Notes: generated from the letters alone by a model not told the origin. A DNA stretch of 64,000 bases from Octopus sinensis (GCF_006345805.1 NC_043003.1:3906001-3970000); one strand, 5' to 3'. Shown: positions 48,821 through 62,496, numbered from the stretch's first letter. Translations and numbers: made by a program.

Positions 48821-49704
48821 ATGTATACACACACATTGCATTCTATTTGTATAGACAGATGTAAACACGTTGTCTTTGTAGACATGTATATACTCACATA
48901 CATACACATGCATGCATGCATGCATACGTGTGTGTGTGTGTGTGAGTGTGTATATTTAGCCCACACCATTTGTATAGACGCAGATATAGGAACCTACTTT
49001 ATTGATAATATGCTTATAGACAGAAAAAGAAGGATCTCTTAGGATTTCATCTGTGACTGGGTCCCCTCTTTAACTGCACATGGAGACATTACTTATAAAC
49101 CCACCATTACTAATTTTTTTAAATTCCAAGATAGATCCCACGGATGTTCTGAGATGCATCATCTGTGACGTTTCTGGGGCCTTAGGAGGTTTTGGGACCT
49201 TCAGCATCAGACCCTCTCATCCCGTTGACCCAGTTGCACTTGATCATGTCCAGGCTGCAACAGCAACCCACTGCCCTGCCCAGTGTCTATGCAGCTTTGG
49301 TGATGGAATTTTTGCTGTGCCAACAACTGCCAACCCAGTCAGAGCTTTACAGAATGAACACTTCACAAAACCACAGCAACCCACTTCAGTCAATCAGATA
49401 AAACAATTTAGTTAACACTTTGTTGGCAGCTGGTTCTTGTACTCTAATAATGGTGCATTGGCTCTGTTTGGTTGTAATGCTGTACCATACTGCAGAAGTT
49501 ATTGTAAGTAGGTTAATGGGATGGCTTGGTTGATGAAGGAGCAAGGGTGGTGCTCTGTCAGCAGAATGGGAGTGGCAGAGGACTGAGGAAGAAAACCCTC
49601 ACTACTACTGCTAACAGCAACAACAGCATCCCTATTTTTAGCAATAACAACAAGAACAACAACAACCATCATTGCTATTGCTAATAATAATAATAATGAT
49701 AATA

Positions 49705-50023
49705 ATGGAGAAACTTTCAAAATACAAAGACCTGGAAATAGAAGTAACTAGAATGTGGAATCTGAAAACAGAAACAATTCCTATCATAGTAGGTGCATTA
49801 GGCATGATAAAAAAATATTCAGACAAATACATAACAAAAACACCAGGACTTACAAACACATATAACATACAGAAAATTGCACTACTAGGCACTGCACACA
49901 TCCTACGCAGAACACTTTCCATACAATAACCATCAGAGCATCACAACAAATCACAGCACATACCTAAGGCACACAGAGCTGCGCTCGGTAGTGAAGTGAA
50001 AGCACGCTATAAAAATAAAACTT

Positions 50024-50026
<3 letters not shown>
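49705..50026 (+). mobile_element. R4/Dong-type (RLE) non-LTR retrotransposon 3' end
   Basis: EKLSKYKDLEIEVTRMW..IPIIVGALG..IQKIALLGTAHILRRTL* is a characteristic R4/Dong C-terminus; flanked by (AAT)n on both sides. Confidence 0.85.
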
Positions 50027-50061
<35 letters not shown>

Positions 50062-50062
<1 letters not shown>

Positions 50063-50616
50063 TGCCCTGATGCAATACCAGGCAGTGGCTCTCATGGCTT
50101 CTGATCTTAATTGATTGGAAGTGTTATCATGTACATTGTTTTGTCTTGGTATAAAAGATGGGCTACAGTAAATATTCTGCTCAATACCACAGATTTGCTT
50201 GTCAGTTGTTTGACTGTAAACCAGTTGACCATGTCCCTTAGTGGCTGACGATATGTGCATCTCTGATCACAAACAGAAGTAGTGGGAGAGCATCATAGCC
50301 ATGTGCTGAAAAGAATTCTTTGAGGTTTGGATAATTCACCTTTGGAAACATGGGTGGTTCATTCAACATCCATAAACAACCCTTATTTAGGGACCTTTTG
50401 AGAGGGATGAGCTATCGACCTGAAGAAAATTCTAACTGGGTCCCACCTACAAGGTCATGCGCTGTTTATCTGGATATGAGATCACCATGTCATGCAATAT
50501 GGTTGTAATGCATGAGCCTGATGTACCCTTATCAGATAGGTAGTCATGATGGGTATACTGGGCTTCGTATATTTGTACCCCATATATTTGAAGGCATCCA
50601 CTGCTCTCTCACTCAA
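50062..50616. mobile_element. Non-coding insertion bounded by (AAT)n, probable microsatellite-targeting element
   Basis: About 550 bp of complex sequence sharply delimited by AAT/GAT repeats on both sides; only one copy in the window, so strand and family cannot be assigned. Confidence 0.4.
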
Positions 50617-51009
50617 TGATGATGATAATAATAATAATAATAATAATGGTTTCAAATTCAGGCACAAGACCAAAAATACATCAACCCCAGTATTTAACTG
50701 GTACTTGTTTTATCAACCCCGAAAAGATGATAGGCAAAGTTGACCTCAACAAAATTTGAACTCAGGACATAAAGATGGACGAAATGTCGTTAAGCATTTT
50801 ACCTGGCATGCTAACGAGCCTGCCAGCCCACTGCCTTGATGATAATGATAATGATAATTATTTCAAATTTTGATGGAGGAGTAAGTTGATTACATCAACC
50901 GCAGTACTCAACTGGTACTTAATTTATCGACCCCGAAAGGATGAAAGGCAAAGTCAACTGCAGTGGAAGTTGAATTCAGAACATTAAAACGGATGAAATG
51001 TTGAAAGTC

Positions 51010-52650
51010 AAAATGTACCATCTTCACCATCACTAACAGCAAACTCCATAACAACTATGGAATTTACACCTGCAATGCTGCGACGTCACCTTCAAAATAA
51101 GCGCAACTATGCCTCCCCTGGTCTCGATGGAGTTACATACCTGCTTCTCAAACGTGGCAGGCACTTCCTTTTACACCAGCTTTCTATTTTCTTCCAGTAC
51201 TGTCTCAACAATGGTGCTACTCCGGAGCAGTGGAAAACTGCCAGTGTCATTCCTCTGTTCAAAAAGGGCGACCGCACATCACCTGTCAACTATCGCCCAG
51301 TCAGTCTCACTAGCTGTATTGCAAAACTGATGGAATCGTGTGTCAGAGAAACACTCTGGAACTTCTGGAGCTCTCACAGTCTCATCCGACCCTCACAATA
51401 TGGATTTGTCCCTAACTCCAGCTGCAGTGACCAGCTTGTCGAGTTCCTTGAGGACATTACTCAGATTACTGACAGTGGCTCATGGGTGGATGTTGTCTAC
51501 CTTGACTTTGCTAAGGCTTTCAACTCTGTGCCACACAAAGGCTTATGGTGAAACTCTCTGCAATGGGTGTGGGGGATGACCTTTTTAACTGGTTGAAATC
51601 CTTCATCCTCAGCCGAAAGGAGGTAGTCACAGTTCTAGGACAGCACTCTACACCATATGAGATGTCATCGGGTGTACCACAGGGATCTGTCCTTGGTCCC
51701 CTCTTGTTTGTGGCATACATTAACGACATAGATGCCAATTTAAAGAATGCCACAGTATTGAAATATGCAGACGACATCAAGCTGTACCTTGAAATCAAGA
51801 GGACAGATCCTGATGTCTACAACTCTTTCCTGCAATCAGACCTAGACACAATGCAGCAATGGATCACAGACTGGCAACTGAAACTGGCTGTGGACAAGTG
51901 TACCACCATGCATTTTGGGAGAAAAAACCCTGCGTTCACTTACTCCCTCCACAACACTGATATCAAGAAATCCTCTTGCGAGCGTGACCTAGGCATCACT
52001 GTCAGCAGTGATTTGCGTTGGTCAAAGCATATCTCTAAGATTGTCAGGAAGGCCGAGGGTGTCTTGGCATCACTCAGCAGGTCTTTTGTTAGCCGCTCTC
52101 CAGCCATCTATTTAAAACTGTATACAGCTATGGTACGACCACACTTGGAATTCGCATCATCAGTTTGGAACCCCTATCTTGCACAGAACATTGACCTCCT
52201 GGAATCTGTCCAGAGACGTGCAACCAAACGCATACCCTCCATCAGACACCTACCATATTCTGAGCGCCTTGTTTCCCTGGGCATGGATTCACTGAAGCTC
52301 CGGCGTTTGGCGACGGACTTGGTAAACACCCACAAAGTTATCAACCACCTCACCAACAACAACACTGAACACCTTTTTGATCTCCATGTGTCTAACACAC
52401 GTGGACATGCCTACAAAGTCAGAAAACAATACAGCTCCCATGACTTTCGGAAACATTTTTTCACGCTCAGAGTTGCTGAAGCATGGAATAAACTGCCTGC
52501 GTCAGTTGTTGACTGCCATGACACTGCATCTTTTAAGGCCCTCATGCTTTCCGAAATCCGCCGAAACTACACCTGATTATATATACACTTTAGATGAGTT
52601 GTAGTGCACCTGAGCACTGTACACAATTATTATTATTATTATTATTATTA
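51010..52650 (+). mobile_element. 5'-truncated CR1-clade LINE
   Basis: SPGLDG, WKTASVIPLFKKGD, NYRPVSLTS, YLDFAKAFNSVPH, SGVPQGSVLGPLLF, KYADD, VRPHLE, VAEAWNKLP; 3' stem-loop GTGC(ACCTGA)GCAC and (ATT)n tail; single frameshift at about 51538; splits a family C SINE. Confidence 0.95.
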
Positions 52651-52705
52651 AGCATTTTGTCTGGCATGCTAACAATTCTGCCAGCTCGTCATCTTGATGA
52701 TGATC

Positions 52706-52737
<32 letters not shown>

Positions 52738-52774
52738 CCTTTCTGAAATTTTGAGGGAATTGTGGGGAAGTGTC

Positions 52775-53010
52775 TGTCCTCAGCTCTTTCAGTTTGGTCC
52801 ACCCCAGTAGAGCTGTTGTAGAGCTGAAAAAGAGGTAATTTCTACTCTCCTCCTCTGGAAGCCATCTACTTGCAATACCCTGATGTAATCTCCAGGGATA
52901 CAGGCATCCAGCAACATGACCTCCGTAATGCCATGATGGACCGTGAAGTCTGGCATAGCATGGTAAATTCCATTGTCTCGACCACGGTCGAACAATGATG
53001 ACAACGATGA
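52775..53010 (+). mobile_element. Second RTE-type LINE 3' end fragment
   Basis: CCRAEKEVISTLLLWKPST..YPDVISRDTGIQQHDLRNAMMDREVW..* then a GAT-like tail. Confidence 0.7.
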
Positions 53011-54034
53011 TTGGTCCACCCCACAAAACCTCTTTTGTTAAGGCCACCAGAGAGATAAACATTTAACAACAATCACTATTGTTAACAATAACAACAAGAA
53101 CAACCCTCCCCCGTCCCCACCACCATCACTATTGCCAGCAACAACAAGAAGAGCAACAACAAAAATCACAGCCAAAACAATAGCAAAATGAACCAACAGG
53201 TAGGAAAGGGACTTCTCTGTGTGGCTGCTTAACTTGCTAGAAATAGCAGTTGAATCACCTTTGACTCACACAGCACTGACTTGAAAAATAGAGGGGGCAC
53301 ATTCGAAAGTGTAGTCCTGGGTATACAATACCCAAGAGAATTAAGCGAGTCATGGTCGGATTGTCTTTGATCATAGGTTAGCTCAATCTGGATTGATCTA
53401 AGGTGACAAAACCGACACCATAACTGCTAGCAACACCAGCACAATAGCACCACAACCACCATCACCACCACCACCACCATCACCACCACCACCATCACCA
53501 CCATCACCACCACCACAACCACCATCACCACCACCACCATCACCACCACAACCACCACCACCACCACAATAGCACCACCACCATCCCTGTTATTAGCAGC
53601 AACAAAGACTATATTGTTGTGTAATTAGCATCTTTAAGTTCTACAACAGACTGGTACCTGGTGGTGATAGTAGTTACCCTAGCAGCGGTGGTTGGGATGT
53701 GGGTGGTGGTGGTGGTGGTGATTTATATTCTGTTAATTAGTGAGCAATCTAAGGTCAGTGTCAATGGCCTTTATTCGTTACAGGCAGGGAATTCCAGAGG
53801 GGTGCATGTTGATTTGGTGAGGAAGGACTGGTTGCAGTGTTTGGTGCAAGATGTGCCAGGCGATGCACAATCTGAGTCAACAAGAGGAGCCAGGAGGCAC
53901 TTTTAATTGCATTTGTTAATTGAGAAGAACGAAGTCTGTTGTAGTAGGGGTCGAAAGGACAGAAAGAGCAACAAAACCTTGTTTGAGTCAAACTACATGT
54001 AGATGATGATGATGATGATGGTTCTAATGCAGCA

Positions 54035-54270
54035 GTTGTAGTAGTGGTAGTAGTAGTAATAGTAGTAGTGGTGGTAGTAGTTGTAGTAGTAGTAGTAGTG
54101 GTAGTAGTTGTAGTAGTAGTAGTTGTAGTAGTAGTAATAGTAGTAGTGGTAGTAGTTGTAGTAGTGGTGGTGGTAGTTGCAGTAGTAGTAGTGGTGGTAG
54201 TAGTGGTAGTAGTAATAGTAGTAGTGGTAGTAGTGGTAGTAGTAATAGTAGTAGTGGTAGTAGTAGTAGC
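54035..54270. repeat. (GTA)n microsatellite
   Basis: Direct reading. Confidence 0.95.
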
Positions 54271-54696
54271 TTGTGTGAACTATTATAAATTCAGTTGGTG
54301 TGTAGTACCAGTGTAGGAATGGAAGATTGGAATATCTTAGAATCTGAAAGAAAACAACAAACAAGGGTTTCCGCCACTCTACTGTTTTCTTTGGTGGTTT
54401 TTCCTATCTTTCCTTTCACTTCTCCAATGCCTTCCTCTCACCTGCGATACATTCACACCTGCTCACCATCTTTTCACCCCCCCCACACACACATGCATCT
54501 TCCCCATCACCATTTTTATACATGAATGTCCTCCTACACATGCGTATAACACCCTGCCTATCTCTCTCTATTTAACTCCTCTCCATAGAACTATATCCCT
54601 ACCTGGCTCCTAAGCCTTATTTTTCTTCTTTGTCTTTCTCTCTTCCTTTCTCTCCCACTACCTTTCCTTCTATATATTCCCCATTCTTTTCTTTGC

Positions 54697-54732
54697 TTTT
54701 CTGATGAAGAACTAATGTCCAAAACGTCAAAA
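54697..54732 (+). ncRNA. Decayed minimal hammerhead motif
   Basis: UUUU-CUGAUGA-AGAACUAAUGUCC-AAAA(for GAAA)-CGUC-AAAA. Confidence 0.4.
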
Positions 54733-54795
54733 ACTCTTTCTTTCAAGCTCTATACAAATATCACTTTTTAAAAATTTATTCTGTTTTATTATGTA

Positions 54796-55195
54796 CTAGC
54801 AGTATCACCCGGCGTTGCTCGGGTTTGTAAGGGAAATAACTATATAAGCATTTTTAGAGATGTAAAGTATAATAGCCATCTCAATATGGCTAACCACAAA
54901 GAGGGGGGGGTGTTACTGTAGCATTTTACGTTCTGAGATTTAATAATACATTTCTAGAGAGTTACTTCCCTTATATATGCCAAAAATGCATTAAAAAATG
55001 GGAAAAATTGATGGTAAATTGATGGTAAAATCGTAGAGTCATCGTAGACGCGCGCTAATACCCAGAAGGGCTCGATATGAATCATGACTATAAGATACCC
55101 GCTTTTGGTTAAACTGCACAGCAAAATGTGGGAGTAGTTAGGAATCTAAATTGTAGGAGACAGACAGCACACAACCTCACTTTTATATATAAAGA
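54796..55195 (-). mobile_element. Non-autonomous Helitron (subfamily 2)
   Basis: Reverse complement of 12608-13001 with TC...CTAG termini at an AT site. Confidence 0.92.
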
Positions 55196-56363
55196 TTTCT
55201 CAATTTTTTTTTTTGCACTGCTGTGTGGTATTAAATTTGTTTCCCAACCACATGGTTCCAGGTTCAGTCCCAATGCGTGGCACCTTGGGCAAGTGTCTTC
55301 TACTATGGTTTTGGGCTATGTGTGTGTCTTTGTGTCTGTGTTTGTCCCTCACCACTGTTTGGCAACTGGTGTCGATGTGTTTATGTCCTCATAACTTAGC
55401 AGTTCAGCAAAAAAATAAAAAAGCCCTGATATATGTATCAGACTTTAGAAAATAAGTTCAGGGGTTGACTCATTTGCCTAAAATTCTTCAAGGTGGTGCC
55501 CCAGCATGGCCACAGTCTGATGACTGAAACGAATAAAAGATAAAAGTTTACCTGATGCAAAGTATATGATTGTGTTGTGAGGAAAGGTGAGAGGATAATT
55601 CACCATTTTTGGACAATGGTCATTTGTCAAGGACAAGAGAGGAAAAAGACTATTACGTAAAGAAAATAAAAATGGTGTTAATAAATCTCTGAACGAGGTA
55701 TAGACAGTAACTGCACGACATTGTGAAGTATATTTGCCATCTAAATGTGGCTAACCACTAAGGGTGGGTGTTACTGTAGCTTGTAGCCCCAGGAGAACAT
55801 CTTATCCAGCTGGCTATTGACACACCTTCTGTACCCTTATGATATTTGAAAAGGGAAGCCACCCTTCCCATCGTCGACTTACGTGATACACACGGACCCA
55901 GGGTTTCTGGGTATTGACCCGTCATCAGCGCACGACAATCACCGTTCTTCGATGCGAAAGGGGTCCCAATGCAAATACATTTCTCCTTTTTCCAGTGTCT
56001 TTTCGTCACTGATCTTGAAAAATGGTGAAAGTATGGAAGGATGGAATTGTGTATTTTGGTGTTTTCCAACTAAGAGAGTGAAAGAGAAGGGAGGTAAGTA
56101 AATGAAAAGCATTGAAATGCTTAGAAAGAGGTTTAAAATTGATCTGAGTGTGGAAACATGTTACGTGTGTGTGTGTGTGTTTGTGTGTGTAGGTTGGTTG
56201 TAGGTCTAAAGGTTAGTGTAACTTGCCACTGTGTGGTAATGAAGAAGTCGTACTGTGTGAGAGGGTGGCTTGTGAGAGTGTGTGTGGGGAGATGTGATTA
56301 AAGGGCACATCAAAGTGTTTATTGGTGTTTGGGTGTATTGCAGGGGGGGGGACAAGTTGTGTT

Positions 56364-57001
56364 ACTCTTTACTCTTTTACTCTTTTACTTGTTTCAGTCA
56401 TTTTGACTGCGGCCATGCTGGAGCACCGCCTTTAGTTGAGCAAATCGACCCCGGGACTTATTCTTTTTGTAAGCCCAGTAGTTATTCTATCAGTCTCTTT
56501 TGCCGAACCGCTAAGTGACGGGGACGTAAACACACCAGCATCGGTTGTCAAGCAATGCTAGGGGGACAAACACAGACACACAAACACATACACACACATA
56601 TATATATATATATATATGTTGATTCGTTAGCCACTGCACGCATTTTTTTCTCTCCTTCTTTCTGTGTTTTTCTCTCTCTGTGTATCTTTCTGTTGAAGAG
56701 CGTAGGCTCGAAACGTTAAAGACTTGTTTTATTTATATTTCCTGAGCGCCATACTAATACAATTGTTCGTTTGTTTTCCACCTGCCTTCGTCTTTTGTTT
56801 ATTTTCATAAAGCTTCCCGTTATATATATATATATATACGACAGGCTTCTTTCAGTTTCCGTCTACCAAATCCACTCACAAGGCTTTGGTCGGCCCGGGG
56901 CTATAGCAGAAGACACTTGCCCAAGGTGCCGCGCAGTGGGACTGAACTCGGAACCATGTGGTTGGTAAGCAAGCTACTTACCACACAGCCACTCCTGCGC
57001 C
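56364..57001 (-). mobile_element. SINE family B, full length, with a hammerhead mini-element inserted in its central (TA)n
   Basis: Both SINE halves intact; about 205 bp insert at 56618-56822 flanked by TA repeats. Confidence 0.9.
56685..56722 (+). ncRNA. Variant minimal hammerhead motif
   Basis: UCUUU-CUGUUGA-A-GAGC(GUAG)GCUC-GAAA-CG-UU-AAAGA; 5-bp stem I, 4-bp stem II, palindromic AACGUU. Confidence 0.7.
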
Positions 57002-57525
57002 TGTGTTATGAGTATAAGATGACATTATTGCCCCTCCCCTCAGTTAGGTGGCCTTTATTAAGCCAGAATGTTGTTGTTCATGAAACAAGTCGGGAGATTC
57101 ATGGTGTACAGAGATTCATGGTGTACCTTCAAAGGTAAAACGCAGTTAGGGGTGGTCAGAGAAGAGGTGTAAGGACACACACGACAGGCCAAAGTGGTCT
57201 TGTGTTGCTAAATGACCAATAGGGTCCCTTGAATTGTCCAGCCACTATGCAACCTCAATCTCACTGATGTTACCCGTGTCCAGTAAGTCACAGAGTTGAC
57301 ATTTTTTTACTTCTGCAGTAAATGACATTCTTGGAGGCACAACAGGAATGCAGTGGCACAAATAGAGGAATTGCGCCCTGTGGGGTGGGGATGTTCTGGA
57401 CATTGAGACAGGTATTAGCAGAGCAACTGGTAAAGGATCCGGGTCAGGTGTGGCATGGACTAGATCAGTTATGCCTGAAGGACTAAATAGCTTCTTTCCT
57501 TCACTCACTTCTGAAGTGTTTCAAG

Positions 57526-57848
57526 GGAAAGCACATGGTTTAGTGGTTAGGGTTTTCGGCTCATGACCACAAGATCGTAGGTTCAATTCCCAGTGGTACA
57601 TTGTGTTCTTGAGCAAGACACTTTATTTCAAGTTGCTCCTCTCCACTCAACTGGCAAAAGTGAATTGTACTTGTATTTCAAAGGTCCAGCCTTATCACAT
57701 CCGGTTTCATGCTGATCCTCCTCGAGAACTACATCAAGGCTACCGATGTCTGTGGAATACTCGGCCACTTTCATGTTAATTTTGCAAGTAGGCTGTTCTA
57801 TTGATCGGATCAACTGGAACCCTCGTCATCATAACCGGTGGAGTGCCA
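57526..57848 (+). mobile_element. SINE family A2
   Basis: TGGTTTAGTGGTTAGGG...GGTTCAATTCCC head; TGTGTTCTTGAGCAAGACACTT CORE-like block. Confidence 0.85.
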
Positions 57849-57914
57849 GTTCAGTGAAGTGTTTGGGCAGCAGTCCAGCTGCTAAATACACTTTCATTTC
57901 TCTCTCTCTCTCTC

Positions 57915-58078
57915 TCTGTGCACATCCTCTCTTTCTTTGTGTCTTTCTCTCTCACTCTCTCTGCACCTCCTCTCTTCCTCTTTGTGTCTTTCTCTCTCTC
58001 TCTCTGCACCTCCTCTCTTTGTTGCCTTTCTCTCTTCCTCTCTCTCTCTCTGTGCACCTCCTCTCTTTCTTTGTGCCT

Positions 58079-58110
<32 letters not shown>

Positions 58111-58160
58111 GCACCTCCTCTCTTTGTTGCCTTTCTCTCTCTCTCTCTCTCTGCACCTCC
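57915..58160. repeat. Degenerate pyrimidine-rich minisatellite
   Basis: Recurrent CTCTGCACCTCCTCTCTTTGTTGCCTTTCTCT units separated by (CT)n. Confidence 0.8.
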
Positions 58161-58250
58161 ATCTCTGCACCCGTCCCTCTTCCATGCAGTCTCTGTTTAT
58201 TACAAAATATAGTTCACTGTTACAGGTCATTCTATTTACAGATACTACTT

Positions 58251-58284
<34 letters not shown>

Positions 58285-58924
58285 TGTTGATCTGTGTTGT
58301 AACTCCTTGTCAGGCTCTCCTCTTCTTCCCCCCCTCAACCCTTTCCTCTCTCTGATCTTTCTAAATTTCTTCCCTTCCCTTCCTCTTCCCTTTTCTCATT
58401 CTTCTACTACTCCCCCTCCCTCTTCCTTTCAACTTTCTATCCCCCTCCCCTTCTTTGTTTTTTGTTTTGCTTTTCCTGTTTTTATTTTATTCATCATCAC
58501 CACCACCACCATTATCATCATCATCATCGCCACCATCACCACCATCATAACGAAGCCTCTACATTTATGTGGCCTGCTAGAAGTAACAGCCAAATCTCCC
58601 TCGAATCGCACTGTACTAACTTAAAGCAAGATACAGTGAATGTCCAAGACAGTCTGTTTGAACGCATTAGATGGGATGGTCAGGGCTGGATTGTACATCT
58701 GTTGGATAAGGGCTGGCAACAGTCATTGTTATGATGATGTTTGTGTGTGTTTCCATGGTAACATGGAGGACACAGACAAACAACAATGACATGATTCTAA
58801 TATTCCAGTTCACTTTGCAACCACTTGGTTCTGGGTTCAATCCCACTGCATGGCACACTGGGGAGCTGTGGCCTTTGGGTGACCTTGTGAGTGGAATTTG
58901 GTAGATGGAAGCTGTATACACAAG

Positions 58925-59127
58925 CACACACACACACATACAGAGACATGCACACACACACACACACACACACACATACAGAGACATGCACACACCACCA
59001 CACACACCACACACACACATACAGAGACATGCCACACACACACACACACACACATACGAGACATGCACACACACACCACACACATACAGAGACATGCACA
59101 CACACACCACACACACATACAGAGACA

Positions 59128-59161
<34 letters not shown>

Positions 59162-59274
59162 GAGACATGCACACACACACACACACACACACACATACAG
59201 AGACATGCAACACACACCACACACACACATACAGAGACATGCACACACACACACACACACAACATACAGAGACA

Positions 59275-59308
<34 letters not shown>

Positions 59309-59335
59309 GAGACATGCACACACACACACACACGC
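58925..59335. repeat. Compound repeat: ACATACAGAGACATGC units separated by variable (CA)n
   Basis: Direct reading, about a dozen units. Confidence 0.9.
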
Positions 59336-60589
59336 CTGTGCATGCACATACATGCATACCTTCTTGCTTACATATAACGTGATCACATGATCGACCAGAC
59401 AATTGGATGTTATTATTACACATCTCTAGTCACAGTGCCCTTCATATTGTTCCAGCCGCACTGGCTGGGTACTGTAGAAATGCAACCAGATTATTGCAGA
59501 TGAATTTGAGGAAAATCTTCTATGGAACCCCCTCCAGGGTCATACAGATCCTGGTTGAGGACTACAGCTCTAAGCCTTGATTTTGTAATTTACATTCAGC
59601 CAGCTCTTAGCCCAGTGTGTCTAGGGATCAGATTGCTAAGGCTCTCCAGCTCCCTCTCTGTGTTGTTCTGCTCTGTATACAACCAGCCGGGTTCTTGTCT
59701 CCAGTCCATCCTTTGATGTCCACAAATGTCTTTGACGGCCTTTCGCTCTCTTCCCTCCTTCCTCACTTCTTGTCAGAATTACCCTGAGCAATGGCTTGCA
59801 GTGCAGTTCACATTAAGTAACAAATAATCAACTTTTGTTACTGAAACGCCCGTAAGACGGTGTAAGCAAATGTCTTATAAACAATCTCTCATGTTTTGTT
59901 TCATTTTCTACACAGACTCTAGCGCCACCTTGATGCCAGCGCCACCTTGACTGGCTTCCGTGCCGGTGGCACGTAAAAAGCTCCAACTGATCGTGGCTGT
60001 TGCCAGCCTCCCCTGGCACATAAAAGCACCTATTACACTCTCAGAGTGGTTGGCATTAGGAAGGGCATCAAGCTGTAGAAACTCTGCCAGATCAGACTGA
60101 AGCCTGGTGCAGCCTCCTGGCTTCCCAGATCCCCGGTCGAACCGTCCAACCCATGCTAGCATGGAAAGCAGACATTAAACAATGATGATGATGACTCTGT
60201 TACACTTGAACTCAGAGCTCATAACAAAGGATAGAGACAACAACATTCAATGCAAATACACATTGGTGCAGGCGTGGCTGTGTGGTAAGAAGCTTGCTCC
60301 CCCACCACATGGTTCTGGGTTCAGTCTCACTACGTGGCACCTTGGGCAAGTGTCTTCTTCTACTGTAACTCCAGGCTAACCAAAGCCTTGTGAATGGATA
60401 TTTGGTCAACGGAATCTGAAAGAAGACATATATGCTAGCATTGGTTGGACAGTTCAACTGGGGTCTGGGTGCAGTTTTCTGGCTTCACAGACCCCAGTTG
60501 AACCGTCCAACCCATGCTAGCATGGAAAGCGGACGCTAAACGATGATGATGATAATGATGATGATATACATATATATATATACATAATA

Positions 60590-60952
60590 GGTGCAGGAGT
60601 GGCTGTGTAGTAAGAAGCTTGCTTCCCAACCACATGATTCCAGGTTCAGTGCCACTGATTGGCACCTTGGGCAAATGTCTTCTACTATATCATCAGACCA
60701 ATCAAAGCCTTGTCAGTGGATTTGGTGGACGGAAACTGAAAGGAACCTGTCGTATGTGTGTGTGTGTCTATCCCCCTACCATTGCTTGACAACTGATGTT
60801 GATGTGTTTATGTCTCCGAAACTTAGTGGTTCAGCAAAAGAGACCGAAAGAATAAGTACTAGGCTTACAAAGAGTAAGTCCTGGGATTGATTTGCTCAAC
60901 GAAAGCTGGTGCTCCAGCATGGCTGTAGTCAAATGTCTGAAATAAGTAAAAA
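60590..60952 (+). mobile_element. SINE family B, older full-length copy
   Basis: Collinear with 30542-30982. Confidence 0.85.
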
Positions 60953-62496
60953 TATGTATATATGTATATATACATACATACACACATACATAGATACACA
61001 TAAGCATAATCCTCACTTTCACCGATATATAACCACCACCCCCGCCACCCCTACCATCATCATAACCACCAACAGCATTTATATCTGTTTCCATGGTGAC
61101 AGATGAAAGTGAAGTAAAACAACAACAACAACAACCAATATCTGGTAGAATTGGTAGAGCAACCATCACAATGTCTTGTCATAGTTACGTCCATCCTTCT
61201 TTTACATTCTGAGTTCAAATCCCAGGGAGGTTGGTCGCCTCCCTTCCACCTCCCCCCCACCACACTCACTTCACTCCACTCCACCCACCCACTCCACCCA
61301 CCTTCAGCTTTACATCCCAACTGTCTTCTACCCTGACACCCCTCCCCTTCCGCCCACTTCCCCTTTCTTACAAGAGCCCCCTCCCCTTTTTCTCCTGTTG
61401 TCATAGTTACCTGCTGAGCTTTAACCACTCACTCTAGCAGCTGCTCCTTTTTCAGCATCACATCACACACACACACACACACGCATGCACGCACACGCAC
61501 GCATGCACACACACACACACACGCGCGCACACATATTGCTTACATTCCACAATAGAACACACTTCTCCATCGCCCCCGACCCCCCTCCACCGCTGCTTTG
61601 CTCCCCATTCCCCTTTTCGTCCTCTTTTTGTCCCCATCTCTCTCTCTCTCTCTCTCTCTCTCATGCTCTCTCCTCCACCCTTTTCCTCCCATTCTTTATC
61701 TTTCTCACCCACCCCCTCTGCATATATGACTGTACACTTGTGTGTGTTTGTGTAATTCTTAATGTTGATGTGTGTCAATATAGATCTGTGTTTGTGTGTC
61801 GCTCCATCTCCACGTGTGTTAGCAGGTATATTCACACACACACACACACACACATACACACACACACACACACACACCACACACACACACACACACACAT
61901 CACACACACACGCCACAGTTTGTAAATCTGTATCCATCTGTATGTACCATGGAGAGGAGGGAATATAGGGTTTTAGTGGACTGACCCCTTTATGCGGTAA
62001 AGGGAGAGGACAGACAGTATTTTTTCCCTTTTCTGATGCATGTTGTTGCACGGTGGTGGTGGTGGCGGCAGTGGTGGTGGTTTCAATGTTTATTGAGTAA
62101 CCAAAATCTTTCTTTCATCTTCTGCTCTTTTATTCAGTTTGGCCCCTGTTCTACTCCTCCCCCACCCCCAGCACCTCCAACAGAATGTAGGCCATTGAGT
62201 TTCCTCTTTAAAACTTCATCATTTCTCATGTAATATACACACACACACACATACACAGACATATTTATCATCATCATCGTTCAACGTCCGCTTTCCAAGC
62301 TAGGCATGGGTTGGACGGTTCGACCGGGGATCTGGGATGCCAGGAAGCTGCACCAGGCTCCAGTCTGATCTGGCAGAGTTTCTACAGCTGGATGCCCTTC
62401 TTAACGCCAACCATTCCGTGACTGTAGTGGGTGCTTTTTACATGCCACCGGCCCTGGGGCCATAGAAACACACACATACTTACATTATATATATAT

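Noticed and set aside
49080-49415. 111-aa ATG ORF in unique sequence
   Set aside because: No recognisable family or supporting exons; cannot be called coding from sequence alone
57245-57508. 87-aa minus-strand ORF with CxxC
   Set aside because: Non-ATG start, no domain match, no clear splice signals
58925-59335. Constant repeat with variable spacers (CRISPR-like)
   Set aside because: The spacers are only (CA)n length variants produced by slippage
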